Source of the DNA: Macrostomum lignano
Lineage: Eukaryota
DNA length: 64,000 bases
Direction of reading: 5' to 3'
NCBI GenBank assembly: GCA_002269645.1
Contig: NIVC01002250.1
Span: forward strand, 62,001-126,000
In this document: one piece after another, positions 1 to 14,900 of the stretch
Layout: the number at the start of each line of letters is the position of its first letter
Numbering within the stretch: the stretch's first letter is position 1
The notes under the pieces: generated by a model
The model's input: the letters and a program-made list of their open reading frames with translations, nothing else
Database searches by the model: none
Told to the model about the DNA's origin: nothing
Translations under genes and position numbers: made by a program

Positions 1-3000
1 GAACTGACAAGGCTATGGTAGATACTGAACTGACAAGGCTATGGTAGATACTGAACTGACAAGGCTATGGTAGATACTGAACTGACAAGGCTATGGTAGA
101 TACTGAACTGACAAGGCTATGGTAGATACTGAACTGACAAGGCTATGGTAGATACTGAACTGACAAGGCTATGGTAGATACTGAACTGACAAGGCTATGG
201 TAGATACTGAACTGACAAGGCTATGGTAGATACTGAACTGACAAGGCTATGGTAGATACTGAACTGACAAGGCTATGGTAGATACTGAACTGACAAGGCT
301 ATGGTAGATACTGAACTGACAAGGCTATGGTAGATACTGAACTGACAAGGCTATGGTAGATACTGAACTGACAAGGCTATGGTAGATACTGAACTGACAA
401 GGCTATGGTAGATACTGAACTGACAAGGCTATGGTAGATACTGAACTGACAAGGCTATGGTAGATACTGAACTGACAAGGCTATGGTAGATACTGAACTG
501 ACAAGGCTGTGGTAGATACTGAACTGACAAGGCTATGGTAGATACTGAACTGAAAAGGCTGTGGTAGATACTGAACTGACAAGGCTATGGTAGATACTGA
601 ACTGACAAGGCTATGGTAGATACTGAACTGACAAGGCTATGGTAGATACTGAACTGACAAGGCTATGGTAGATACTGAACTGACAAGGCTATGGTAGATA
701 CTGAACTGACAAGGCTATGGTAGATACTGAACTGACAAGGCTATGGTAGATACGCTCGTACTGAACTGACAAGGCTGTGGTAGATACTGAACTGACAAGG
801 CTATGGTAGATACTGAACTGACAAGGCTATGGTAGATACGCTCGTACTGAACTGACAAGGCTGTGGTAGATACTGAACTGACAAGGCTGTGGTAGATACT
901 GAACTGACAAGGCTATGGTAGATACTGAACTGACAAGGCTATGGTAGATACTGAACTGACAAGGCTATGGTAGATACTGAACTGACAAGGCTATGGTAGA
1001 TACTGAACTGACAAGGCTATGGTAGATACTGAACTGACAAGGCTGTGGTAGATACTGAACTGACAAGGCTATGGTAGATACTGAACTGACAAGGCTGTGG
1101 TAGATACTGAACTGACAAGGCTATGGTAGATACTGAACTGACAAGGCTATGGTAGATACTGAACTGACAAGGCTATGGTAGATACTGAACTGACAAGGCT
1201 ATGGTAGATACTGAACTGACAAGGCTATGGTAGATACTGAACTGACAAGGCTATGGTAGATACTGAACTGACAAGGCTATGGTAGATACTGAACTGACAA
1301 GGCTATGGTAGATACTGAACTGACAAGGCTATGGTAGATACTGAACTGACAAGGCTATGGTAGATACTGAACTGACAAGGCTATGGTAGATACTGAACTG
1401 ACAAGGCTATGGTAGATACTGAACTGACAAGGCTGTGGTAGATACTGAACTGACAAGGCTATGGTAGATACTGAACTGACAAGGCTGTGGTAGATACTGA
1501 ACTGACAAGGCTATGGTAGATACTGAACTGACAAGGCTATGGTAGATACTGAACTGACAAGGCTATGGTAGATACTGAACTGACAAGGCTATGGTAGATA
1601 CTGAACTGACAAGGCTATGGTAGATACTGAACTGACAAGGCTATGGTAGATACTGAACTGACAAGGCTATGGTAGATACTGAACTGACAAGGCTATGGTA
1701 GATACTGAACTGACAAGGCTATGGTAGATACTGAACTGACAAGGCTATGGTAGATACTGAACTGACAAGGCTATGGTAGATACTGAACTGACAAGGCTAT
1801 GGTAGATACTGAACTGACAAGGCTGTGGTAGATACTGAACTGACAAGGCTATGGTAGATACTGAACTGACAAGGCTGTGGTAGATACTGAACTGACAAGG
1901 CTATGGTAGATACTGAACTGACAAGGCTATGGTAGATACTGAACTGACAAGGCTATGGTAGATACTGAACTGACAAGGCTATGGTAGATACTGAACTGAC
2001 AAGGCTATGGTAGATACTGAACTGACAAGGCTATGGTAGATACTGAACTGACAAGGCTATGGTAGATACTGAACTGACAAGGCTATGGTAGATACTGAAC
2101 TGACAAGGCTATGGTAGATACTGAACTGACAAGGCTATGGTAGATACTGAACTGACAAGGCTATGGTAGATACTGAACTGACAAGGCTATGGTAGATACT
2201 GAACTGACAAGGCTGTGGTAGATACTGAACTGACAAGGCTATGGTAGATACTGAACTGACAAGGCTGTGGTAGATACTGAACTGACAAGGCTATGGTAGA
2301 TACTGAACTGACAAGGCTATGGTAGATACTGAACTGACAAGGCTATGGTAGATACTGAACTGACAAGGCTATGGTAGATACTGAACTGACAAGGCTATGG
2401 TAGATACTGAACTGACAAGGCTATGGTAGATACTGAACTGACAAGGCTATGGTAGATACTGAACTGACAAGGCTATGGTAGATACTGAACTGACAAGGCT
2501 ATGGTAGATACTGAACTGACAAGGCTATGGTAGATACTGAACTGACAAGGCTATGGTAGATACTGAACTGACAAGGCTATGGTAGATACTGAACTGACAA
2601 GGCTATGGTAGATACTGAACTGACAAGGCTATGGTAGATACTGAACTGACAAGGCTATGGTAGATACTGAACTGACAAGGCTATGGTAGATACTGAACTG
2701 ACAAGGCTATGGTAGATACTGAACTGACAAGGCTGTGGTAGATACTGAACTGACAAGGCTATGGTAGATACTGAACTGACAAGGCTATGGTAGATACTGA
2801 ACTGACAAGGCTATGGTAGATACTGAACTGACAAGGCTATGGTAGATACTGAACTGACAAGGCTATGGTAGATACTGAACTGACAAGGCTGTGGTAGATA
2901 CTGAACTGACAAGGCTATGGTAGATACTGAACTGACAAGGCTGTGGTAGATACTGAACTGACAAGGCTATGGTAGATACTGAACTGACAAGGCTATGGTA

Positions 3001-6000
3001 GATACTGAACTGACAAGGCTATGGTAGATACTGAACTGACAAGGCTATGGTAGATACTGAACTGACAAGGCTATGGTAGATACTGAACTGACAAGGCTAT
3101 GGTAGATACTGAACTGACAAGGCTATGGTAGATACTGAACTGACAAGGCTATGGTAGATACTGAACTGACAAGGCTATGGTAGATACTGAACTGACAAGG
3201 CTGTGGTAGATACTGAACTGACAAGGCTATGGTAGATACTGAACTGACAAGGCTATGGTAGATACTGAACTGACAAGGCTATGGTAGATACTGAACTGAC
3301 AAGGCTATGGTAGATACTGAACTGACAAGGCTGTGGTAGATACTGAACTGACAAGGCTATGGTAGATACTGAACTGACAAGGCTGTGGTAGATACTGAAC
3401 TGACAAGGCTATGGTAGATACTGAACTGACAAGGCTATGGTAGATACTGAACTGACAAGGCTATGGTAGATACTGAACTGACAAGGCTGTGGTAGATACT
3501 GAACTGACAAGGCTATGGTAGATACTGAACTGACAAGGCTATGGTAGATACTGAACTGACAAGGCTATGGTAGATACTGAACTGACAAGGCTATGGTAGA
3601 TACTGAACTGACAAGGCTATGGTAGATACTGAACTGACAAGGCTATGGTAGATACTGAACTGACAAGGCTATGGTAGATACTGAACTGACAAGGCTATGG
3701 TAGATACTGAACTGACAAGGCTATGGTAGATACTGAACTGACAAGGCTATGGTAGATACTGAACTGACAAGGCTATGGTAGATACTGAACTGACAAGGCT
3801 ATGGTAGATACTGAACTGACAAGGCTATGGTAGATACTGAACTGACAAGGCTATGGTAGATACTGAACTGACAAGGCTATGGTAGATACTGAACTGACAA
3901 GGCTATGGTAGATACTGAACTGACAAGGCTATGGTAGATACTGAACTGACAAGGCTATGGTAGATACTGAACTGACAAGGCTATGGTAGATACTGAACTG
4001 ACAAGGCTATGGTAGATACTGAACTGACAAGGCTATGGTAGATACTGAACTGACAAGGCTATGGTAGATACTGAACTGACAAGGCTATGGTAGATACTGA
4101 ACTGACAAGGCTATGGTAGATACTGAACTGACAAGGCTATGGTAGATACTGAACTGACAAGGCTATGGTAGATACTGAACTGACAAGGCTATGGTAGATA
4201 CTGAACTGACAAGGCTATGGTAGATACTGAACTGACAAGGCTATGGTAGATACTGAACTGACAAGGCTATGGTAGATACTGAACTGACAAGGCTATGGTA
4301 GATACTGAACTGACAAGGCTATGGTAGATACTGAACTGACAAGGCTATGGTAGATACTGAACTGACAAGGCTATGGTAGATACTGAACTGACAAGGCTAT
4401 GGTAGATACTGAACTGACAAGGCTATGGTAGATACTGAACTGACAAGGCTATGGTAGATACTGAACTGACAAGGCTATGGTAGATACTGAACTGACAAGG
4501 CTATGGTAGATACTGAACTGACAAGGCTATGGTAGATACTGAACTGACAAGGCTATGGTAGATACTGAACTGACAAGGCTATGGTAGATACTGAACTGAC
4601 AAGGCTATGGTAGATACTGAACTGACAAGGCTATGGTAGATACTGAACTGACAAGGCTATGGTAGATACTGAACTGACAAGGCTATGGTAGATACTGAAC
4701 TGACAAGGCTATGGTAGATACTGAACTGACAAGGCTATGGTAGATACTGAACTGACAAGGCTATGGTAGATACTGAACTGACAAGGCTATGGTAGATACT
4801 GAACTGACAAGGCTATGGTAGATACTGAACTGACAAGGCTATGGTAGATACTGAACTGACAAGGCTATGGTAGATACTGAACTGACAAGGCTATGGTAGA
4901 TACTGAACTGACAAGGCTATGGTAGATACTGAACTGACAAGGCTGTGGTAGATACTGAACTGACAAGGCTGTGGTAGATACTGAACTGACAAGGCTATGG
5001 TAGATACTGAACTGACAAGGCTATGGTAGATACTGAACTGACAAGGCTATGGTAGATACTGAACTGACAAGGCTGGTAGATACTGACTGAACTGACAAGG
5101 CTATGGTAGATACTGAACTGACAAGGCTATGGTAGATACTGAACTGACAAGGCTATGGTAGATACTGAACTGACAAGGCTATGGTAGATACTGAACTGAC
5201 AAGGCTATGGTAGATACTGAACTGACAAGGCTATGGTAGATACTGAACTGACAAGGCTATGGTAGATACTGAACTGACAAGGCTATGGTAGATACTGAAC
5301 TGACAAGGCTATGGTAGATACTGAACTGACAAGGCTATGGTAGATACTGAACTGACAAGGCTATGGTAGATACTGAACTGACAAGGCTATGGTAGATACT
5401 GAACTGACAAGGCTATGGTAGATACTGAACTGACAAGGCTATGGTAGATACTGAACTGACAAGGCTATGGTAGATACTGAACTGACAAGGCTATGGTAGA
5501 TACTGAACTGACAAGGCTATGGTAGATACTGAACTGACAAGGCTATGGTAGATACTGAACTGACAAGGCTATGGTAGATACTGAACTGACAAGGCTATGG
5601 TAGATACTGAACTGACAAGGCTATGGTAGATACTGAACTGACAAGGCTATGGTAGATACTGAACTGACAAGGCTATGGTAGATACTGAACTGACAAGGCT
5701 ATGGTAGATACTGAACTGACAAGGCTATGGTAGATACTGAACTGACAAGGCTATGGTAGATACTGAACTGACAAGGCTATGGTAGATACTGAACTGACAA
5801 GGCTATGGTAGATACTGAACTGACAAGGCTATGGTAGATACTGAACTGACAAGGCTATGGTAGATACTGAACTGACAAGGCTATGGTAGATACTGAACTG
5901 ACAAGGCTATGGTAGATACTGAACTGACAAGGCTATGGTAGATACTGAACTGACAAGGCTATGGTAGATACTGAACTGACAAGGCTATGGTAGATACTGA

Positions 6001-7317
6001 ACTGACAAGGCTATGGTAGATACTGAACTGACAAGGCTATGGTAGATACTGAACTGACAAGGCTATGGTAGATACTGAACTGACAAGGCTATGGTAGATA
6101 CTGAACTGACAAGGCTATGGTAGATACTGAACTGACAAGGCTATGGTAGATACTGAACTGACAAGGCTATGGTAGATACTGAACTGACAAGGCTATGGTA
6201 GATACTGAACTGACAAGGCTATGGTAGATACTGAACTGACAAGGCTATGGTAGATACTGAACTGACAAGGCTATGGTAGATACTGAACTGACAAGGCTAT
6301 GGTAGATACTGAACTGACAAGGCTATGGTAGATACTGAACTGACAAGGCTATGGTAGATACTGAACTGACAAGGCTATGGTAGATACTGAACTGACAAGG
6401 CTATGGTAGATACTGAACTGACAAGGCTATGGTAGATACTGAACTGACAAGGCTATGGTAGATACTGAACTGACAAGGCTATGGTAGATACTGAACTGAC
6501 AAGGCTATGGTAGATACTGAACTGACAAGGCTATGGTAGATACTGAACTGACAAGGCTATGGTAGATACTGAACTGACAAGGCTATGGTAGATACTGAAC
6601 TGACAAGGCTATGGTAGATACTGAACTGACAAGGCTATGGTAGATACTGAACTGACAAGGCTATGGTAGATACTGAACTGACAAGGCTATGGTAGATACT
6701 GAACTGACAAGGCTATGGTAGATACTGAACTGACAAGGCTATGGTAGATACTGAACTGACAAGGCTATGGTAGATACTGAACTGACAAGGCTATGGTAGA
6801 TACTGAACTGACAAGGCTATGGTAGATACTGAACTGACAAGGCTATGGTAGATACTGAACTGACAAGGCTATGGTAGATACTGAACTGACAAGGCTATGG
6901 TAGATACTGAACTGACAAGGCTATGGTAGATACTGAACTGACAAGGCTATGGTAGATACTGAACTGACAAGGCTATGGTAGATACTGAACTGACAAGGCT
7001 ATGGTAGATACTGAACTGACAAGGCTATGGTAGATACTGAACTGACAAGGCTATGGTAGATACTGAACTGACAAGGCTATGGTAGATACTGAACTGACAA
7101 GGCTATGGTAGATACTGAACTGACAAGGCTATGGTAGATACTGAACTGACAAGGCTATGGTAGATACTGAACTGACAAGGCTATGGTAGATACTGAACTG
7201 ACAAGGCTATGGTAGATACTGAACTGACAAGGCTATGGTAGATACTGAACTGACAAGGCTATGGTAGATACTGAACTGACAAGGCTATGGTAGATACTGA
7301 ACTGACAAGGCTGGTAG
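1..7317. repeat. 26-bp tandem satellite, ~280 copies (GAACTGACAAGGCTATGGTAGATACT); runs off the window start
   Basis: Unit read directly. Near-perfect copies with a recurrent ATGG>GTGG variant, two small insertions of about 8 bp (~753, ~839) and a small indel near 5075. Confidence 0.99.
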
Positions 7318-7874
7318 ATAATTGGGCTGACAATGCACGATCCCCACTCAATTAACACTTTGAAACAGGTGGAAGAAACGGTATTGACAACTGTCGAAGT
7401 TAAATAAATGAAACACAAAGAGAGCAGCATGTTCCAATTATTTACTATCAGTGGAATATCAATTAACTAAATAAATAGTAATAAATATTTTATAAGGAAT
7501 CTGAATTCAGTCTGTGACAGTTTGCTACAGAAGGAACTTAGACTTCGAGTTTAATTATCACTTGTACACAAAAATCTTTGATATCAAATGTTGCTATGTT
7601 TAACTTGTCAATGCAATTGAAAGCAGATAAAGATGAAGCCACTTAGGTTAAAAATAGAGTCTCAAACTATTGCCAGATTGCAGGTATCGTTAAGTAATAA
7701 AACAAAAAAATCGAGGATTGCAGAAGAATTTCATGCAATCCGAGTAGCCTCATCAGCGTTTTTGTGTCTAGAAAATAAATGCCGAAGACACAGCAACAAC
7801 ATTTAACTAGAATATAATGACAACTGGTACTACACAGAACACATTTTAGGGCAAAAATTCCCAAGCGATAAGTT

Positions 7875-9452
7875 GCACTCCTACCCCACCAGGACAAACA
7901 CTTCCCTATCCAATGTACACTCCTACCTCAGCTGGACAAACCTCTCACTATTCCAATGTACAATCCTATCCCACCAGGACAAACCCCTCAATATTCCAAT
8001 GTACACTCCTATCCCACCAGGACAAACCCCTCAATATTCCAATGTACACTCCTACCCCACCAGGACAAACCCCTCACTATTCCAATGTACACTCCTACCC
8101 CACCAGGACAAACCCCTCACTATTCCAATGTACAATCCTATCCCACCAGGACAAACCCCTCACTATTTCAATGTAAAATCCTATCCCACCAGGATAAACC
8201 CCTCAATATTCCAATGTACACTCCTACCCCAGCTAGACAAACACCTCACTATTCCAATGTACACTCCTACCCCACCAGGATAAACCCCTCAATATTCCAA
8301 TGTACACTCCTACCCCAGCTAGACAAACACCTCACTATTCCAATGTACACTCCTACCCCACCAGGACAAACCCTCAATATTACAATGTACACTCCTACCC
8401 CAGCTAGACAAACACCTCACTATTCCAATGTACACTCCTACCCCACCAGGACAAACCCTCAATATTACAATGTACACTCCTACCCCACCAGGACAAACCC
8501 TCACTATTCCAATGTACACTCCTATCCCACCAGGACAAACACCTCAATATTACAATGTACACTCCTACCCCACCAGGACAAACCCCTCAATATTCCAATG
8601 TACACTCCTACCCCACCAGGACAAACCCCTCACTATTCCAATGTACACTCCTACCCCACCAGGACAAACCCCTCACTATTCCAATGTACAATCCTATCCC
8701 ACCAGGACAAACCCCTCAATATTCCAATGTACACTCCTACCCCACCAGGACAAACCCCTCAATATTCCAATGTACACTCCTACCCCACCAGGACAAACCC
8801 TCAATATTCCAATGTACACTCCTACCCCACCAGGACAAACCCTCAATATTCCAATCTACACTCCTACCCCACCAGGACAAACCCTCAATATTCCAATCTA
8901 CACTCCTACCCCACCAGGACAAACCCCTCAATATTCCAATGTACACTCCTACCCCACCAGGACAAATCCCTCAATATTCCAATCTACACTCCTACCCCAC
9001 CAGGACAAACCCCTCAATATTCCAATGTACACTCCTACCCCACCAGGACAAACCCTCACTATTCCAATGTACACTCCTACCCCACCAGGACAAACCCTCA
9101 ATATTCCAATGTACACTCCTACCCCACCAGGACAAACCCCTCAATATTCCAATGTACACTCCTACCCCACCAGGACAAACCCCTCAATATTCCAATGTAC
9201 ACTCCTACCCCACCAGGACAAACCCCTCAATATTCCAATGTACACTCCTACCCCACCAGGACAAACCCCTCAATATTCCAATGTACACTCCTACCCCACC
9301 AGGACAAACCCCTCAATATTCCAATGTACACTCCTACCCCACCAGGACAAACCCCTCAATATTCCAATGTACACTCCTACCCCACCAGGACAAACCCCTC
9401 ACTATTCCAATGTACACTCCTACCCCACCAGGACAAACACCTCACTATTCCA
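7875..9452. repeat. 42/43-bp minisatellite, ~37 copies (AATGTACACTCCTACCCCACCAGGACAAACCCCTCAATATTCC)
   Basis: Unit read directly. It explains the overlapping repetitive ORFs at 7873-9489. Confidence 0.97.
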
Positions 9453-10629
9453 ATGCACATTTGAAAGAAACTTATCTAATGTAGCATAACTTCCATGGTT
9501 TGGAAAAAGACATTTGCTTCCTAAAAAATGAAAATATAACCACACACAAAATACCACAATTGATAAAAATTAAATCCCCCCATCAATTCCATATGGTAGT
9601 TTACTTGATTTTAACTAAATCAAAGGAAACGATAAACAATACAAAAAGACGTCGTACGCTTCTAGCAGCTACACGCTACACACATGTAAGACTCGGAATG
9701 CAAGCGCAAACTACTCAAGCTAAGAAGCAAATGATAAAAATAGCTGGCATTAACGGGGTAAAGAAACGTAACAGCAAACTGCAATCAGCTAGTGGATCAG
9801 TTTAGATGGCAAAGCCAGGAACGAATCGAGCTGATTTGGTCACAAAATACAAATATACGAAAAGCCAAAAGATAAAGCCCGTGTTACGAGTGTATCTGCT
9901 CTACCGTATATACATCTCAGGAGATTCTGTAGTTCATTAGCAAATTGATAAATACAACAGAGCTTTTAAAAACTGATTAAGATAAAAGTTGCCCAGACTG
10001 GCTTCTGCGGTATTAGCCTAGCCTAGATTTGATGCAAGTGACAGCCAATTATTGATTGAACGCAACAACTGTTCTTCAGAGTTTCAATATACCAATTAAC
10101 TTCTGGAACGAGATAGAAAAAATATATTTTGCTTAATTCAGTGCTTAAATTTCAGCTTCATCAGGTTGACAGAACAAAAGCAATCGAGAATTTACTGGCG
10201 AGCCTACCGTCAGAGGTTGGTTCTGCGCACTCTGTTTATTGCTGCTTGGTGAAATCTGCGTTTAATTTGGTGCGTATTCGCCAGTAGGCCGACTTCTCAG
10301 CCACTTAGGGTTTGGCCATAAACTTAGCAGAAAGCAATTTAGAAGTGCACTTATTCCCGGCACTTTCCCGATGTCATTATTCCACACTTTTTTATCATGT
10401 TTCAATTGGCGGTTTTGAGAGTTAGGTTTGGTTACTCTGCGATGAATGTGTTTGAATCTAAATGTCTGTGGTAATATTTGAAAAGTGTAATAATGATCAC
10501 AACTTGTTTCAATTGTGTGCAGGTGTAAGTATATGTACAATGATTAATCAATACCCAGCGAAAGCTTTAGACACAGAATATACACAGAATGTCAAATCGA
10601 GCGATTTTCATGAAGCCGAATTAAAATTG

Positions 10630-11420
10630 CAGGTGCATGTTGGCAGACTGTACCGAACCATCTTGGACGGACGCGGAGGCGACTTGGATCTCGTCATCGA
10701 TGATGAGTCGTACTTCCACATGTCCAGCCAAACGATTCCTGGCAACAGCTTCTACTATGCCACTGCGCACGCGGCGACGCTCCTGTTGAGAAGCGCGTTT
10801 CACCTCAAAAGAAGTTCGGCGACAAGATCCTGGTGTGGCTGGCCATCAGCAGGCATGGGGCTTCGCGAGTGTACATGTGTCACTCCAAGACGATGAACAA
10901 GGAGCTGTACGCAAACGAGTGCATTCGCAAGCGGCTGGTGCCATTTCTCAATGAGCAGCACAGCGATGGCAATTACCTGTTCTGGCCAGATCTGGCCTCC
11001 TGCCATTACGCCAAGGACGTGATCGAGGTGTTCCAGCAGCTGGACATCAACTTTGTCTCGAAGGAGCAGAATCCTTCCTGCGTGCCTCACCTTCGTCCAA
11101 TCGAGCACTTTTGGGGCATTTTGAAGCAGCAGGTGTACCATCATAGTTGGCAGGCTCAGACACTTCAGCAGCTGGAGAACAGAATCAAGAAATGCCTGAG
11201 GGAGATGGACTGGTCCGTTGTACATCACATGATGGGACAGGTCAAGTCGCAGATTCGCAGGGCGCGCGCTGATGGCTTTTAATCGGCTTATTGTTAACTC
11301 TATGATGATTCCTGTTTCTTGTTGAATACTTTCCCTGTTAAAAAGTTTGGTTATCCTGTTTATAACGCCACGAAATATAAACATTTAGAGACGTCCAGAT
11401 TTTAAGTGTTCACCCACGTA
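10630..11420 (+). mobile_element. 5'-truncated, frameshifted IS630/Tc1/mariner transposon with DD37E transposase (ITmD37E-like)
   Basis: VIDDESYF (D1) in ORF 10462-10896. After a frameshift near 10790-10830, FWPDLASCHY (D2) and RPIEHFW (E), with 37 residues between D2 and E. Stop at 11282. Putative right TIR ~11390-11418 (GACGTCCAGATTTTAAGTGTTCACCCACG) followed by TA. No left TIR or HTH domain seen. Confidence 0.88.
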
Positions 11421-11942
11421 TCAAAGCTTTACAACAAGAGTAGGCTGGTGGGATTTTAATGCTTGTACCGATTTTTTAAACAAAAATACTCGAATCGGCA
11501 TTCTGTGTATATTCTGTTGCTTTAGATGCGTTTAAAGATATTTCGGCTAAAATAAAACAGCCAACAGCAAGAAGACAAGTCATATAGGTTTTTGCAAGGA
11601 TCTGGGAGGGTTGCCCAGCAACTGAGGATCTGGGAGGCTGGCTCAGGCAACTGATCGTGGATCTGGAAGGCTGACAGCCAACCGGAAGATTTTACCCGTC
11701 GGGAAATAATTGTCCTTTAACTGTGTCAGTTGGCACATGAAAAAGAGATTAATTAATATGCTGATTGTTTCATAAATGTGCCAATTGACAGTTGTGGGCA
11801 CAGTTGGCAGAACTGTAGATTTTGCTAGGACAATTATTTCCCACCGGGAGAGTACAGCACGCAAAGGTTGTCGGACAACAGACTGATAGAAATAAGCGTC
11901 CTAAGGGCGCAGTTGGCACACTTAAGAACGGGTGACAGGCCT

Positions 11943-14900
11943 CTATGTAGGCTTAGTTTTCTTCACCAGCGTGGAATTGCCGTACAGTACGTAGCGGAAC
12001 ATATCGCCAAGAGTGGAATCTACATACTTAATAGTCTCCATATTGTACTGTTTGCCGTGAAATCTGTACCAGAGATGCATAACGTAGTTCTTCTTACGCC
12101 AGTCCCATTTCCGCACGGGGCCATAGATCAAAGGCAGCTCGCCGCCAGTCCAATTGGGTCGGTCCATGCTCTCCTGCTCGATGTGGCAGTGCTCGGAGTA
12201 CATGGGGCACAGGGTGTTGGGATAGGTGACGGAGTGGGCAGCCCATATGCCATCGTCGAGAACCTGGTAGGTGACGTACCACATGCACATGAAGGTGGAG
12301 TTGGCCGCGGCCAGAAAGACGCCGTTGCAGAGTCCGCCGCCCGTCTCCCTGCCGATGGTGAACGGGTAGCGGCGCAGCGGCTCCAGCGGCTTCAATGTGA
12401 TCACGTCGATGTCGAAATAGGCGCCGCCAAGTACCAGCACGGCTTCCATGCGGATCACATCGGCCTGGTGCTCCTTCACGCGCATCGGCACCGAATAGGA
12501 CTGCGGTTGGGGAGACGCGGGAGCACTCGGTGTTGGGGTGACCTGCCATTAGCCCTACTCACTCAATAGCTTGCCCATTAGCCCTACTCACTCAATAGTT
12601 TGCCCATTAGCCCTACTCACTCAATAGTTTGCCCATTAGCCCCATTTACTCAATAGCTTGCCCATTAGCCCCATTCACTCAATAGCTTGCCCATTAGCCC
12701 CATTCACTCAGTTACCCTTTCCATTAGCCCCACTCAGTAGCCTTCTCATTAGCCCCACTCAGTAGCCTTCTCATTAGCCCCACTCAGTAGCCTTCTCATT
12801 AGCCCCACTCCCTAGCTTCCCCAAATCAACTCCATCCCCTCAGCAGCTTTCCGTATTAGTGGAATCAGTGAATTTAGGTACGAGTATATCAATACCTTTG
12901 TGGGCACGGGCCGATTAATCATGATAACGTTGCTTTCCCAGATGCCAGAGTCGGTGAGATTCTTCTTAAACGCTTCCCAATGCTCGCCATAAGGCTGCTT
13001 AGCGTACCAGATAACAGTAAATTTGGGCCGCATCACCCAGACTCCGCTGAGCATACAGACTAGATGATGAAATTGCAGCTGAGGATTCACAAACGGCAGT
13101 ACATAGTGAGCAACATTGGGCACAAGATACGGAGCGGTAGGCTTAGTCATAGCCTGCACTTCGGCAACAGTGTACTGCTTGCCGCTAGGAGAGTGCAGGC
13201 GCCATCCGCTCGTGTCAACAATTGGCAGTTTGTGCACCATCAGCTCGTTGATTCGAGACGCGTATTTGCCGGAGAATGGACGCACTGAGCTCTTCAGCTT
13301 GTCGAATTGGCTAATAATGTAGCTCTTATTCATGGGGGCGTACACGTAGTCTCGGCCGGGCACCTGGTCGGCGACCTTCACCGGCGTTGGCTTGACAGCA
13401 GCAGACGTGGACGAGACGGCAGTTCCTGCCAGAGGTCGGGAAGAGATGAGGGTGATGGTACAGGGTAGCGGGGAATCAAATCTTAGCGAGTCAAATCTCT
13501 GGGGGCGTCAAATCTCACCGAGAGGAAATCAAATCTCATTGGGAGGGAGTCAAATCTCACAGAGAGGGAGTCAAATTTCACTGAGAAGGAGTCAAATCTC
13601 ACTGAGAGGGATTCAAATCTTTACTGAGAGGGAGCTAAATCTCACTAAGAGGGAGTTGAATTTTCACCGAGAGGGAGTCAAATCTCACTAAGAGGGAGTT
13701 GAATTTTCACCGAGAGGGAGTCAAATCTCACTAAGAGGGAGTTGAATTTCCACTGAGAGGGAGCCAAATCTCACTGAGAGGGAGTCAAATCTCACTGAGA
13801 GAGGGAGTCAAATCTCACTGAGAGGGAGTCAAATCTCACTGAGAGAGGGAGTCAAATCTCACTGAGAGGGAGTCAAATCTCACTGAGAGAGGGAGTCAAA
13901 TCTCACCGAGAGGGAGTCAAATCTCACTGAGAGGGAGTCAAATCTCACTGAGAGAGGGAGTCAAATTTCACTGACAAAGGGACTCAAATCTCACTGAGAG
14001 GGAGTCAAATCTCACTGAGAGAGGGAGTCAAATTTCACTGACAAAGGGACTCAAATCTCACTGAGGGAGTCGAATCTCACAGAGAAGGACTCAAAGCTCA
14101 CGAATAGGTAATGAAATCTCACAGAAGTGAATCAATTAGAAGGAATAAAATCCACTCACGCGCAGCAGCAATGGGCTGTATGCTAGAATTGCCAAACAGT
14201 ATATGCCTAGCGATTTGGCCAAAAGCAGAGTTCAACTGTTTAACCGAATTGAAATCAACTGTCAAAGTCGCGCCCGGAGATTGCAGCTCCCGCTGCCTGC
14301 GCCACAGGTTAATAAGCCAGTTATCTCGCCAGTTCCAAGCGGGCGGAGAGTCGGGCGGCCCGTAGATCAGCCGCAAGCCGGCCGCCTGCCAGCCGGGCTT
14401 GTGCATGCCGCCAATCTCAATTTTGGCCAAGTGCGGGAAAGCCGATTGCAATGCGAACGGCAGCAGAGTGGAATGCTGATCAGGCAGAGAATCGTCAAGC
14501 AGCTGGTAGCACAGGTGCCAGGCTAGCAGGAATCGAGAGTTTCGCTTAGCCAAGTAAGCGGAGCTGCCAATGCCGCGGTCGTGCTGCAGGCCCAGCACGG
14601 TCTCGGCTGAACGAAGCGCCTGGCTAGCCGGCCGCATGGGCAGCACGTCAGTGTCCAGCCTGAGGCCGCCGAACAGTAGCACAGCCTCCAGGCCGATCAG
14701 ATCCGATCGATGACGCCAAGAGTTGATTGGCATATTGTACACAGATGCTGGAGGCTGGCGACGAGCCAGTACAACTGTGCGCTCCCAGACCGGCTCGGTG
14801 ACATTGGCAATGAGATGAGACCAGTAGCCGCCACTCAGAGGCTGCTGATGCCATAGAAACACGCGCGCCGGCTTAGCCAGGTGAAATGCGGCCAATAAGC

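Noticed and set aside
1-7317. CRISPR array or telomeric repeat
   Set aside because: Units are head-to-tail with no unique spacers and no cas genes, the context is eukaryotic, and the unit is not TTAGGG-like.
7873-9489. Long Pro/Thr-rich repetitive ORFs (up to 502 aa) as a mucin or adhesive protein
   Set aside because: All three frames are open because the 42/43-bp unit lacks stops, and unit length changes shift the frame. No signal peptide or splice support.
10800-12569. Shadow ORFs 10800-11384 (-) and 11868-12569 (+), and similar ORFs opposite PYG, ZNF280-like and kinase exons
   Set aside because: Antisense or alternative-frame by-products of GC-rich real coding sequence.
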